The notes under the pieces are model-generated. The model was given only the letters and a program-made list of their open reading frames with translations. It searched no databases and was not told the origin of the DNA. This document shows positions 36,270 to 50,279 of a stretch of DNA of 64,000 nt, one piece after another. The stretch comes from Octopus vulgaris. Its lineage: Eukaryota. A program made the position numbers and the translations under genes. Within the stretch, counting starts at the first letter, position 1. Every line of letters begins with the position of its first letter. Where the stretch lies: assembly GCA_951406725.2 (NCBI GenBank), contig OX597837.1:12896001-12960000 (forward strand). The letters run 5' to 3'.

Positions 36270-36770
36270 ATGATGATGTTGGTGGTAATGGTGGTGGTGG
36301 TGGTGGTGATGTTGCTACCGGTGACAATGGCAGAGGTAAAAGTGGTGCTGACGATGGTAGAGGAGGTTTGTTGATGGTGTGGTTGATAGTGGTGGCCATG
36401 TTGAAAGTAGAAGTAGGAATGGTGATGATGATGATGGTGGTGGGAATGATGATGATGGTAGTGGTAGCAATGATGATGATGATGATGGTGGTGATGGTGA
36501 TGATGATGGTGATGATGATGATGATGAAGATGATGATGATGGTGGTGATGGTGATGATGATGATGGTAGTGGTGGCTATGTTGGTGATGGTGGTGGTGGT
36601 GGTGGTGACGATGATGATGATGATCATGGTGCTGCTGCTGCTGCTACTTGTGATGTCAGCAATGGTAGAAGTGCTGTCAATGGTAGTCAGTGGTATTATT
36701 GATGTTGTTAGTAGTGATCACCATGTTGGAAACAGTGGTGGTGGTGGTGGTGGTGGTGGTGGCAGCAAAT
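36270..36770. repeat. (GAT/GGT)n low-complexity tract
   Basis: Directly visible. Confidence 0.93.
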
Positions 36771-36982
36771 ACTAGTGTGTACAACAATAGTTAACAGTGT
36801 CAGTAATGGCTGGCGGCAGTGGAGCTCTGTGTCAACAACGGCAGTGGGGACTGGCAAGGGTGGAGGGGCGGCAAGGTTTGTGTTGGTTGAGTTGGTGAGT
36901 CAATCACATAAAAAAAATATAAGAAAACGAAAGAAAAAAACAAATACCAAATACAATAAACAATTTGCTGTGTTACAAGTGG

Positions 36983-37024
<42 letters not shown>

Positions 37025-37079
37025 CACAGCCAGACGACTGACCACGTGCAACAGGAACTGCATGTTGCATGCAAAACAA

Positions 37080-37138
37080 TATATATATATACACACATAT
37101 ATATATATATATGTATAAATACACATATATATATAAAT

Positions 37139-37225
<87 letters not shown>

Positions 37226-37366
37226 CACACATATATATATATATATATATAAATACACACATATATATATATATATATATATAAATACACACATACATAT
37301 ATATATATAAATACATACATACATACATATATATATATACATACATACATACATACATATCTATCT

Positions 37367-37399
<33 letters not shown>

Positions 37400-37568
37400 T
37401 ATAAATACATACATACATACATATATATATATATAAATACATACATACATACATATATATATATATAAATACATACATACATATATATATATATAAATAC
37501 ATACATACATACATATATATATATATATAAATACATACATACATACATATATACATATATATAAATAC

Positions 37569-37601
<33 letters not shown>

Positions 37602-37730
37602 CATACATACATACATATATATATATATATAAATACATACATACATACATATATATATATATAAATACATACATACATACATATATATATATATAAATAC
37701 ATACATACATACATATATATATATAAATAC

Positions 37731-37763
<33 letters not shown>

Positions 37764-37850
37764 CATATATATACATACATACATATATATATATATAAAT
37801 ACATACATACATACATATATATATACATATATATATACATATATATATAC

Positions 37851-37898
<48 letters not shown>

Positions 37899-37915
37899 GT
37901 ATGTATGTATGTATG
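37080..37915. repeat. Compound (TA)n/(CATA)n satellite
   Basis: Higher-order units aaatacatacatacatacatatatatatatat. Confidence 0.95.
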
Positions 37916-38099
37916 TAGCAGAGCATAGCAACAAAATGACCAGGTGACCAACAACAGAGAAATGGATATCGCAACACATAAACTATTTACTCCCACCACA
38001 ACAATTATTATTGCTATCTCCACTCTTATGTCCAGTGAGAACTATGGACAGCCACTCAAGACACCTGCAGGGAATTAGAGATGGATGCACAGTGTGCCT

Positions 38100-38134
<35 letters not shown>

Positions 38135-38519
38135 TACATACATACATACATGTGTGTGTGTTCGTCCTCCTACCATCACTTGACAACCGATGGTGGGGTT
38201 TACGTCCTTGTAGCTTAGCAGTTTGGCAAAAGAGACTGATAGAATAAGTACTAGGCTTACAAAGAATAAGTCCTGGGATTAATCTGTTCGTATAAAGGTG
38301 GTGCTCCAGCATGGCCACAGTTAAATGACTGAAACAAGTAAGAGGATTAAAAAAAAAAATATATATATATATGGTTCAAAACTTTTACTTTTTTACTTGT
38401 TTCAATCACTTGACTGCAACCATGCTGGAGCACCTCCTTGGAGAACTTTTAATCAAATGAACTGACCTCAGTATTAATTATTTTAAGCCTGGTACTTTTT
38501 TCAAAATTAAGATAAACAA

Positions 38520-38928
38520 AGGCGCAGGAGTGGTTGTGTGGTAAGTAGCTTGCTAACCAACTATATAGTTCCGGGTTCAGTTCCACTGCGTGGCATCTTG
38601 GGCAAGTGTCTTCTGCTATAGCACCAGGCCGACCAATGCCTTGTGAGTGGATTTGGTAGATGGAAACTGAAAGAAGCCCGTCGTATATATATATATATGT
38701 GTGTATGTATGTATGTGTGTGTATGTGTTTTGTCTGTGTTTGTCCCCCTAGCATCGCTTGACAACCGATGCTGGTGTGTTTATGTCCCCGTTACTTAGCA
38801 GTTCGGGAAAAGAGGCTGATAGAATAAGTACTGGGCTTACAAAGAATAAGTCCCGGGGTCGATTTGCTCGACTAAAGGCAGTGCTCTAGCATGGCCACAG
38901 TCAAATGACTGAAACAAGTAAAAGAGTA
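38520..38928 (+). mobile_element. SINE family A
   Basis: Full-length match to other copies. Confidence 0.88.
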
Positions 38929-38934
38929 AAGTTC

Positions 38935-39062
38935 TTTTTGCAATCTAAAATATACTCTCCTTCATTTTCTACAATGCTCTTCCATCTATCTGGTTGACTT
39001 GCAAGGACCCTCTTCCAAAATTCACTTGCCCATGAGGAAAAATACTCTTCCAGTACTCTTCT
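38935..39062 (-). mobile_element. mariner transposase C-terminal relic
   Basis: LEEYFSSWASEFWKRVLASQPDRWKSIVENEGEYILD resembles mariner FF.SK..EFY..GI..LPERW.KVV.N.GEY. Confidence 0.7.
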
Positions 39063-39184
39063 GGGTTGTAGTTTCCGTCTTGGAATTTCCGGAACCACTG
39101 TTGACACCTGGACTATCCTCAAACTAGACCCAAACAAGCTCAAGGTGTTCCGAATGTGGTGTGTTTGTTAAATCCTTAGTGTCT

Positions 39185-39785
39185 CTCTTTTTACACGACC
39201 GAGTCATTTGAACAATGCCGACCATGCTGGAGCCGACCATTGAAGACCAGGACTTATTCTTTGTAAGCCCAGTGCAGGCTACAGTGGTTTAGCCGAACCG
39301 CTTATCTGCCGGATGAGCTCTGGACAGACTACCCCATCAGTTTTGCAATGGTAGGCAGCGACCAACACACAGGAGAATCCAGTCCAATGCGCCATAATAC
39401 AACAGGACGAAACAAAGTGAGGAAATCAAGTCACAAGGCATTGGTCGGCTCGAGAATGCTGAGGTAGCAGAAGACATCTTGCACCAAGAGTCCATCAGTC
39501 CAGATTGCCCCCACAGAACCAGTGTGGTTGGTTGAGAGGGTGGTCCACCATCCACTGGGATTAAAGGGTCTCTTACACGACCGAATCTCAATGAACAATG
39601 CCGACCAGCAGCCGACCATTGAAGACCAGGTCTGGCAGTGCAGGCTACAGTGGTTTAGCCACATCTGCCGGATGAGCACTGGAAGACTACCAGATCAACT
39701 TTTGTGTTGGCAGCGACCAACACAGTTGAGATGCTCTGTGTTTCTTTCAATGAAGACAGGGACGAAACAAAGTGAGGAAGTAAAA
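39185..39785 (+). mobile_element. Duplicated RTE-like LINE fragment, mosaic with SINE and MITE sequence
   Basis: IEDQVWQCRLQWFSHICRM motif; two related copies at 39190-39425 and 39572-39780. Confidence 0.6.
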
Positions 39786-40435
39786 TAACTTAATATTATC
39801 ATTCAGCTAGTGTTAGGAACATATATTGTGACTAAGGTTTGGTGGAAGATTTTAATTCAAAACTTATGGAAACAAGACATTTGTACTACCGAGCCAGAGC
39901 TGGTTTCGGCTGGGTTGGCAACAAAAGGGTTAAGAATCGTTTCTCTATTATATATTTTAACCATTTTGTTACCATATTTCTGTTGAGATGCTCTGTGTTT
40001 CTTTCAATCAATTTTAAGAATAACAAAGAATTTAGTAAAATAACTTAGTTATCATTAAGCTAGTGTTAGGAACATAAATTGTGACTAAAGTTTAGTGGAA
40101 GATTTTAATACAAAACCTATGAAAACAAGACATTTGTGCTACAGAGCCGGTTTCGGCTGGGTTGGTAACAAAAGGGTTAAGAATTGTTTCTCTATGATAT
40201 ATTTTAACCCTTTTCTCTACCATATTTCTGTTGAAATGCTTTGTGGTTTCTTTCAATTAATTTTAAATATAACAAAGAATTTAGTAAAACAACTTAGTTA
40301 TCATTAAGCTAGTGTTAGGAACATAAATTGTGACTAAGGTGTGGTAGAAGATTTTAATTCAAAACTTATGAAAACAAGACATTTGTACTAAAGAGCCAGA
40401 ACTGGTTTTAGCCGGGTTGGTAACGAAACGGTTAA
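39780..40435. mobile_element. Three tandem piggyBac-type family 1 MITEs in reverse orientation
   Basis: Units end aaagggttaa; spacer gaatcgtttctctattatatatt. Confidence 0.85.
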
Positions 40436-41411
40436 CTATTGTATCAAAGCATAAACACAAGTTTCTCATTAGAGAGACCAATTTCCTTATCTAAATTGGC
40501 TTAAAAAGTAACATTTCCCTGACTCTTAGGCCTCCGTTTATCTTTTATCTTTCCAACATTATCAATAAAAGATTAGGTTGTAATGGTGGGTTTTATTTGC
40601 TTTCTGTGTGTTACACAGGATGTTGACTATCTATGTTTATCTTTTGTGAATACAGATATCTTTTATCTTTTACTTGTTTCGGTCATTTGACAGTGGCCAT
40701 GCTGGGGCATCACCTCGAACAATTTTTAGTTGAATGAATCAACACCAGGACTTATTTTTGTTGTTTTTTTTAAAGCCTGGTACTTATTCTATCAACCTGT
40801 TTTATCGAATAGCTAGGTTATGGGGATGTAAACACACCAACACCAGTTGTCAAACAATGGGGGGGAGGAGCAAACACAATTACAAAGAAACACACACACA
40901 CATACATATATATATATGTACATGCATACATAAATATATGCTGGGCTTCTTTCAGTTTCCATCTATCAAATCCACTCGCAAAGCTTTGGTTGGCTCAAAG
41001 TTATAGTAGAAGACACTTGCCCAAAGTACCACGCTGTGGGACTGAACCGGAAACCATGTGATGCTTTTCCATGAAAATAACACCCATGCCAGCAGAGCCG
41101 CATGAAAAGCACCTATGCTGGTGTCATGTGATAGAGCACCCAAGCCTGTGCTACATGAAAGACACCCATGGTGGTGCCACATAGGAAAGCACCAGTGCTG
41201 GAGCCATGTGGCAAAATGCCCAGGACACTTGGTAAAGTGGTAGGCATTAGGAAGGGCGTCCAGACATGGAAACCACGTCTAAGAACAAACCATCAGAGCC
41301 AAGTGCAGCCCTCCGGTTTTTCAGCTCCTGTCAAACCATCAAACCCACGTCAGTATGGAAAACACACAATTAAATGATGATGATGATGATGATGATGATA
41401 ATTATTATATA

Positions 41412-41830
41412 TATTTCTTTACTACCCACAAGGGGCTAAACACAGAGGGGACAAACAAGGACAGACAGAGGGATTAAGTCAATTATATCGACCCCAGTGC
41501 GTAAATGGTACTTATTAAATCAACCCTGAAAGGATGAAAGGCAAAGTCGACCTCGGCGGAATTTGAACTCAGAACGTAGCAGCAGACGAAATACCTATTT
41601 CTTTACTACCCACAAGGGGCTAAACACAAAGAGGACAAACAAGGACAGACAAATGGATTAAGTCGATTATATCAACCCCAGTGCATAACTGGTGCTTAAT
41701 TTATCGACCATGAAAGGATGAAAGGCAAAGTCGACCTTGGCGTAATTTGAACTCACAACGTAACGGCAGACGAAATACTGCTAAGCATTTCGCTCGGCAT
41801 GCTAACGTTTCTGCCAGCTCCCCACGCCTT
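41412..41830 (-). mobile_element. SINE family B dimer
   Basis: Two units plus head. Confidence 0.85.
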
Positions 41831-43115
41831 AATAATTATTTTATAGTAATGACAATAATTATTATATAGTGAATGACAGAGCAGCCATATAATGACACTT
41901 CTGAATAAACACACAGAGTTGCAGAGTCAATGAAAGTACTCAAAGACAATGACCTGGTGGGAGTCACTTGACTCATGAAGGAGGATTTCCGGGTCCCCTC
42001 CTCTCATCTCCTCCTTGTGTGTAATGTGTAAAATATGTAATGTGTGTATACAGAGATGTAAAATACGTGAGCTTCCATTAGAAGAGTTGAAATTGTTTTT
42101 TTTATATATTTTGAAGCTCAATTAGTAAAGAAAGACCAAGAATAGATAATTGAATGTGCTTTTGTTCATGCCGGTGATAAACCATAAGAGTGCTTGATGC
42201 GAAGAACTTGAAAACTGATTAACCAGGAAGAAAAGAAATACGGAAGACTAGACAATCAAAGAAAAAATAAATAAATAAATAAATAGACTGCATGAAAAAA
42301 AAAAAGAAAAGAAAAGAAATTAACTGAATGAAGATCATAGAATGTGTGTGTGGGTGGGTGGGTGTCTTCGTAAGTGGCTGTGTGTTTGAGAGGATAAACA
42401 ATAAGAGTAAACTACATATAAAACACATACATATAGACGCATATGGTGTTATACAGACATGCAAGTGTGTGTGTGTGTGTGTGTGTGCATACCAACATCA
42501 TCATTGCTTTAGGGTCCATTTTCAATGTTGGCATGAGTCGGAGAGTTTGATCGGAACTGACGCACCAGAGGAGTTTGCCAAGTGCCAATGTCTGCCTTGG
42601 CAATGGTCCCTACTGCTGGATGCCCTCTCCCTAATGCCAACCCCTTTACAGAGCGGCACTGGGTGGGTTTTTTTTTGTTGTCCCCCCCCCCATCCTTGGT
42701 GCCTGTAATAGTGAGGTCACCAAGAATTTGCAAGACAGGAGCTCCTTAAGTGAAGGTCAATGTTGCAGTGAAGGAGGTGAAAGCTACAATGAAAAGACAG
42801 GAACAGGTGCTTTGCTGAAGAGGAGACACAGCTTTCCCAACTGAAATGAGAGGAAGCCAGGGTGTAGGGGCGGACCCAGGGGAGAGGAGAGCTGGTGGGG
42901 GGTGGCCAAGAAAAGAAGTGCACCCTTCTAAATAATGTTATCATGCCCGTTTCTCCTGGAATTGTATTCCCTTCTGACCTTGTGTTCTCCCTTCGAAAAA
43001 TTCCTGGGACTGCACCAGGGGTGGAAAGGAGATGGTGAGGACATAACCTCCAGGTAGAAGGTGATAATAAGAGAAACAATAGGACACAAGAACAGAAAGA
43101 CATACATAATATATA

Positions 43116-43187
<72 letters not shown>

Positions 43188-44396
43188 CACACACATATAT
43201 ATACATATATATATATACACACACACATATATACATATATATATATACACACATATATATATATATACATATATAAATTAACAACTGAGGATAAAATCTT
43301 TAAAAGAAATTATCAGTAGTCGGCGTGAAAAACCTCGTAAGAGAAAAAATCCGTAAATTCTTCCTCTTTGAAAATATTCATTTATATTATATTGAGGGTA
43401 CTACTATTCGTAGATACCAACACGCTAAGAGGGACCAATGCGGTCAAAACTACTAAAAATAAACAAAATATATATATACACATAAGTACATACATACACA
43501 CATATACCATCATCATTATTTAACGTTTGTTGTCCATGCTAGTGCACACACACACACATATATTTGCTGCCATATATATATGGCAACATGTGTCTGTGTG
43601 TGCATGTGTGTGTGTGTGTGTGTGAAGATATCAAACAGTGGTTTCATACATTTCTAAGTGTAAACATTTTGACAAGATGTGAGCAGATATCCAAACCCTT
43701 GCGACCGCTCTAGACTAAACAGACACCCAGACAAGGCCAGCCGTCCATTTCTTATCACTAACGTTCTGTTGTTTCTGTGGCAAAGTTAACCTAAACTCAA
43801 GAATCATAGATGGTATGGTGCACGTCTAAAATACAGCTGCATCAGCACCCCACTTTAATAACTGGTACTGAGCTCTGTTCTTCCTACAAGAAAGGGTACC
43901 ACAGATCCCCTAGCAGCTTATCTTCATCCCCAAAGTGTTACATAAAATCCCAAGTGAAGCCACCTCTAAGGTTTCCTGGAGGTTTAGTTTAGGGAAGATA
44001 CACAACAAAAAAAAAATTACTGGGGACAATTCGTTTGACCAAAAAATTCTTCAAGGCAGTGCCCCAGTATGGCCGCAACCTAATGGCTGAAACAAGTGAA
44101 AATAAAAAGACAAAAACGAAAATAAATAAATAAATGAATAAATAAATAGATAAATAAATGAATTCTAATCAAAATATTTCTCACAGCCATTCAATAAGAC
44201 AACATCTGGTGTTCTTTGTTTTTTTTGGGGTTTTTCTGCTTGGAATTTATAAAAAAAACAACAAAAATCACAGCTGTTCTATGCTTATGTTATATTAAAC
44301 ACTGAATGGAAACCCAGCACCACCAACACCAACGCCTCAATGCCATCATCATCATCATCATCATCGTTGTCATTATCAGTAGTCATGACAGTAAAG

Positions 44397-44427
<31 letters not shown>

Positions 44428-44884
44428 AAGAAAAGCCTATTGAAGCAACAACAATTATTTCGTAATTTGGAACAAATTACCATAAACAGAAGAGAAAGAA
44501 AAAAACCAGTTAATCTTTAATCAATTAGATAAACAAATTTAATAAACAATGGAAAATAAAACGCAAAAAAATAAATACGTGGAAAGAGACACAGTAAGTT
44601 TTTTTGGTTTTTTGTGTTGCTTTTGTTTCCAACTCCACAATAGAACTAATCTGAACAGATTATGTGTAGTTAAAGAAGGTTACTTCCCAGCCTAGTGGTT
44701 TTAGGTTCAGTTCCACTGCATGGCACCTTGGGCAAGTGTCTTCTACAACAGCCCTTGGCCCAGCCAAAGCCTTGTGAGTGGACACCCTAGCACACTGCTA
44801 CCATTTCTCTCTCGTTCTCTCTCTTTTCCAAACAGAGTACCGTATTTTAACGTGTATAAGGAACCCTTTTTTTGTCAAAGATTG

Positions 44885-45222
44885 GTGACCCCCTTCGGTC
44901 AGACACTGACCATGGGTTTGCACCTAGAGAGTTACCCTCCTAGACACAAGTCTGGGCAAGGTGGTTTATGGAAGACCAACAGTCGCCCATGCATACCGGC
45001 CTCCCCTCTCCACGCCTCCAGTGTTATCCAAGGGAAAGGCAAGGGCTGATACAGCTTGGCACCTGTGACGTCACAACTCATTTCTACAGCTGAGTGAACT
45101 GGAGCAATGTGAAATAAAGTGTCTTGCTCAAGAACACAACACGCAGCCCGGTCCGGGATTCGAGCTCACAACCTCACGATCGTAAGCTCGACGCTCTAAC
45201 CACTGAGCCATGCGCCTTCACT
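44885..45222 (-). mobile_element. CORE-like tRNA SINE, family D
   Basis: ggcgcatggctcagtggttagagcg...gctcgaatcccgg head. Confidence 0.82.
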
Positions 45223-45681
45223 TGTCAAAGACTAGGTTAAAAAATATGGGAGTTTCTTATACATGGATATACATTGGTATCAATATCATTTAATGTCCCT
45301 CTTTCCATACTGGCATGGGTTGGAAGTGGAGACAGGAAGCAGTGAGGACTATACTGAACACCAATGCCTGCTTTGGCAGGGTTTCAACAGCTGGATACCC
45401 TTCCTAATGCCAACCAGTTGATAGAGTGTACTGGGTAGTTTTGTCTTTGTTCTGGTTTCTTTTTTTTTGTGTGTGTGTGACACCAGCACTAGTAGGGACA
45501 CCAAGCACTCACATGACAAGACCCACTCAGCTGAGTGGAGTATAGTATTGAAGGGAGGTGAAAGTATGAGAGAGGAAAAGGACCAAGTGTTTTGCTGAAG
45601 AGAAGATATGGCTCCCATAGCTAGAGAGAGATGTGGAGAGAGCCCTCAAGAGACAAAATGAATATGAACAGGAGAATAAGG

Positions 45682-45904
45682 TTAACCCTTTCGTTATTGT
45701 ATTTCTGTTGAGATGGTCTGCGTTTCTTTCAATTACTTTAAATATAACAAAGAATTTAGTAAAATAACTTAGTAATCATTAAGCTGGTGTTAGGAACATA
45801 AATTGTGACTAAAGTTTGGTGGAAGATATTAATGAAAAACTTATGAAAACAAGACATTTGTACTACAGAGCCAGTTTCAGCCGGGTTGGTATCAAAAGGG
45901 TTAA
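45682..45904. mobile_element. piggyBac-type MITE, family 1
   Basis: TTAA-CCCTTT...AAAGGG-TTAA. Confidence 0.85.
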
Positions 45905-46104
45905 AGGAACAGAAAGGATGGGTACGTAGGCAAACTTGGGAGAATGTTAAAAGAGTGTGACATGATTAATCTTAATCACTTAATCAAATCTACTGGCAGG
46001 AGAAGAGCAAACTGCGCTTAAGCCATGTAAAAAGATAAAAGAAAAACCAGTTATTGTTTTATACAGTTTTATACATAGTCACCACAGTTGTCCAGAGCCT
46101 CTTG

Positions 46105-46415
46105 TGGAGGTGCAATGGCCCAGTGGTTAGGGCAGCAGACTCGCGGTCGGAGGATCGCGATTTCGATTCCCAGACCGGGCGTTGTGTGTGTTTATTGAGC
46201 GAAAACACCTAAAGCTCCATGAGGCTCCAGCATGGGGTGGTGGCGACCCCTGTTGTACTCTTTCGCTCCAACTTTCTCTCACTCTTTCTTCCTGTTTCTT
46301 GTCCCCGACTTCCTACACAACCGCTGAGCCTGGATGCGCATTCATCCATCCGTCGATGCTCTCGGTGTCGGGGGCTGACCTGCTTTCTCTTCTGCGGGTC
46401 TTACGAATAGCAAAG
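46105..46415 (+). mobile_element. SINE related to family C (same head, different 3' body)
   Basis: tggcccagtggttagggcagcagactcgcgg...ttcgattccc head. Confidence 0.7.
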
Positions 46416-46429
46416 GACCACATTTCGGA

Positions 46430-46712
46430 CTTCTCCCACTGGGACGAAGACCACTTCGCTCAACAGAAACAGAGCTTCTTTGAACAGGGGGGGGGGACAG
46501 TTGAATGACATCTTGCGGTAGCTTGTTCCACGGGGCTGCGATATGGGCGGAGAATGCAGCCTTCCGCCTGTTGAGTCGAAAGTGTCAGGGACAGAGTTTG
46601 CGATCATGCCCACGAAGACCCCTATCTGGCGCAGGGGTTAAAAACTCTGCAAATGGTAAGGTTTACATTCCCGTTGAAGATGTTGAAAGCCAGGATGAGA
46701 TCTCCCCCCACA
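46430..46712 (-). mobile_element. CR1-like LINE 3' fragment
   Basis: GDLILAFNIF...RGLRGHDRKL...RLNRRKAAFS...PWNKLP, with a frameshift and a stop; typical CR1 ORF2 C-terminus. Confidence 0.75.
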
Positions 46713-46904
46713 TGAAACCTCATATTTCACTGTGTATTTTGTAGAGTGACAGCAATGAAACTAACGAGTAATTAGCATATCAAATGCCAAGCTCAAGAGA
46801 AGTGAGTTTAAGTATTGGCCACTGCAGGCATTTCGAGTCTCTGGGGAGTGAAAATCAACTTGATTCTACATTGCTTCAGTCAACTTTGCTCTCTCTCTCT
46901 TTTC

Positions 46905-47119
46905 TCTCTCTTTTACTTGTTTCAGTCATTTGACTGCGGCCATGCTGGAGCACCGCCTTCTAGTCGAGTAAATCGACCCCGGGACTTATTCTTTTGTAAG
47001 CCCAGTACTTATTCTATCGGTCTTTTTTGCCGAACCGCTAAGTAACGGGGATATAAACACACCAGCATTGGTTGTCAAGCAATGCTAGGGAGACAAACGC
47101 AGATACACAAACACACACA

Positions 47120-47156
<37 letters not shown>

Positions 47157-47308
47157 GGCTTCTTTCAGTTTCCGTCTAGCAAATCCACTCACAAAGCTTT
47201 GGTCGGCCCGAGACTATAGTAAAAGACACTTGCCCAAGGTGCCACGCAGTGGGACTGAACCCGGAACCATGTGGTTGGTAAAGAAGCTACTTACCACACA
47301 GCCACTCC
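46905..47308 (-). mobile_element. SINE family A
   Basis: Full-length reverse copy. Confidence 0.88.
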
Positions 47309-49449
47309 TTGCTGTATGGAATAAGAGAGAAACTGGAGCAAAAGGGGATAGGATGTCTTCAAGAAGCTGGAATCTGAATCGGTGAATGCCGATCTGCTTT
47401 GCAAGAAAGAAACAGGACTAGAAATGTGCTGGCTCTGTGCTGCCTTGTACTTCATGAAACGAGTTTCTAGGCTAGATTAAGGAACCGAGATTTGGAGAGA
47501 CAAAAGAAGAAGAAAAAGTCTTTCTGCACAAACATCCCAGAGGCTGAAGACTTATTATCATACATCATATGACGCGTAGATGGTTGTGGTGTCAGGGTCA
47601 CCACTTTGAAGCATTTCAAGAGACAATGACACATCAGGCAACATCACACACACACACACAAACACACATATATGTACACAAACCCACACTATTATTCTTC
47701 CATTTGTTTCAGCCAATGAATTGGGGGCCATGCTGGAGCACTCGCTTCTTTGAAGAGTTTAGTTGAACAAACCAGTATTTATTTCAAGTCTGGTACTTAT
47801 TCTATCGGTCTCAGCCACTTTTGCCAAACCACCAAGTTAGAGGAATGTAAACAAACCAACAGCGATTGTCAAACTGTGGGAGGGAGTAAAGAAACCACAA
47901 CTATCTATACCCCCTCCTCACACACACACACATGAAAATATACAAGACATTTTGACATGGTTTCCATCTGACAGATTCCCTTACAAGGTATCGGTCAGCC
48001 GGGAGCTATAGCAAAAGATATTTGGCCCATGGGCCACAAAATAGGAGATAACCAGCAGAGGCCACAATGCTGTGAGGTGGACGGCCAATCTGCACGGGCC
48101 AACCAAAGCCTGCTTTGTAAGCAGATTTGGTAAATGGAAACTGAAAGAAGCCCATCACATATGCCATCATTATCATCAGTATCATCATTTAATGTTCATA
48201 TTCCACGTTGGCATGGGTTGGATGGTGACCTGCAAGGCCATACCAAGGTCCACTGTCATCTTTGGCCTGGTTTTTACAGCTGGATGCTCTTCCTAATGCC
48301 AACCACTTTACAAAGTGTACTGGGTGCTTTTGTATGTGGCACCAGCACTAATGAGGTTGCCGTGTAATTTGCAACATGGAAAAGGAACAAGAAAAAAGGA
48401 AACATTTTTTTCTTTGCATGTGTATGTCTACCCTTGTCTAGACATTGTGTGATGGTTGTGAATGAGCATCATCATCATCATCATACTAGTGATGTTGTTT
48501 GTTTCCAGTCTCTGAAGGAAAAAAAAATCATGTCTAGCTATGGGTATAACCTTGTTTGGAAACAGGTGAGGGTTAGTGACAGGAAGAGTATCTGGTCAGC
48601 AAAGTCTGGCTGACCCATGCAAGTATGAAAAAGTGAATGCTAAATGATGATAAATTTTTAGAATTTGTAAACGACACATAGCTAAAATGCCATTTCTTGT
48701 TTGATATTATTATTATTTTTTTGTTTTAGTTAAGATCAAAATAGTTAACAATTTGAAATATTACAATCACAATACATACAGATGTGTGTGTGTGTGTGTG
48801 TGTGTGTGTACATGCATGCATACATGAGTGTGTGCAAATTATATGTATGCATTACCATTTACATTTATGGAGTGCGGTGGAATTTTTCACATTAAATATT
48901 TGTGTTTATGTGTGTATATTTTTTAGGTCACTATGAGCATTTATCTGTCTATACAAACACACACACACATACATATATATATTAATATAATTTGGGTAAT
49001 AACCTTAAAGTATGCTTTCCAAAGCTCCTCTCCGGGTGCTGGCTACCAAATGCTATTTTTTTTTTTTTATCAACTTTTACAACCACCGCCATCAACAACA
49101 GCAAAACCAATACATCCCCTGCCACTACCAGCCCAGCAACTCCTTAATAACCAATAGCAACAAGAGTACAAACAAGACAAGCAACTCCATTCACAAAATA
49201 TATAAAAATTTAAAAAAAACAACAAGAGATGCTATTGTTCTCTGGCATATTTTAAATGTTGAATGAAATGTCTCAGCTCAATAAGGATTGTCTGGAGGCT
49301 AAAGCACAACAACAATACAAAACAATATGACGACCGCCACCGCCGACAACACCCCCCACCACCACCACCACCATCACTGCCACTAAAACCAACTCCACCA
49401 CAGTTACCGACCCAACAACTTCCGACTATCAGCAACAGAAATAATACCA

Positions 49450-49683
49450 GGCGGCGAACTGGCAGAAACATTAGCACGCCGGACAAAATGCCTATCAGTA
49501 TTTCGTCCACCATTACGTTCTGAGTTCAAATTCCACCAAGGTCGACTTTGCCTTTCATCCTTTCGGGGTCGATAAATTAAGTACCAGTTACACACTGGGG
49601 TCGATGTAATGGACTTAATCCCTTTGTCTGTCCTTGTTTGTCCCCTCTATGTTTAACCCCTTCTGGGCAATAAAGAAATAAGA
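49450..49683 (+). mobile_element. SINE family B monomer
   Basis: Head, Nin-like core and tail; flanked by direct repeat agaaataataccag. Confidence 0.85.
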
Positions 49684-50045
49684 AATAATACCAGCCGAAC
49701 TGCAATGTTTGTAGCTACATATGTTGTACATCGACACAATGGCGAGTGTGTATGTTTGCGAGATTAGAATGTGGGGTTTTTAAGGCCCAAGTCAGAGGTG
49801 CAAGGGACGAAGTGCTCATAAAACAGGTAACCATTCACCCAATTGAAATCACACGGTACTTCCTCCCACTCACCACCACCTTACTCCCGTATTCTTACAT
49901 CTTTTCCTTTCCATTTTTGCATCCATCGAAATAAGACAATATTTTGCTCACACAAAACAGTTCTTTCCTGGGGCTATTTTTCTTCCTGCCAAAACGTACG
50001 ACTGGAGCCTGGTGCAGCCCTCCAGTTTGCCAGTTCCTGTCAAAC

Positions 50046-50279
50046 CTATTTCTTTGCTACCCACAAGGGCCTAAACACAGAGAGGACAAACAAGGTCAGA
50101 CAAACAGATTAAGTCAATTATATCGACCCCAATGCGTAACTGGTACTTATTTAATCGACCCCGAAAGGATGAAAGGCAAAGTCGACCTCGGTGGAATTTG
50201 AACTCAGAACATACCGGCAGACGAAATACTGCTAAGCATTTCGCCCGGCGTGCTAACGTTTCTGCCAGCTCGCCGCCTT
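50046..50279 (-). mobile_element. SINE family B monomer inserted in an RTE tail, with TSD ttcctgtcaaacc
   Basis: ttcctgtcaaacc occurs on both sides. Confidence 0.82.

Noticed and set aside
37028-37075. Strong minus-strand donor GCT|gtgagt between microsatellites
   Set aside because: Nearby ATG frames are not phase-compatible with exon 2 and show no homology.
45150-45222. tRNA-like sequence (also heads at 15775-15845, 33005-33065, 46105-46180)
   Set aside because: Continues into SINE bodies with no complete acceptor stem; these are SINE heads, not tRNA genes.
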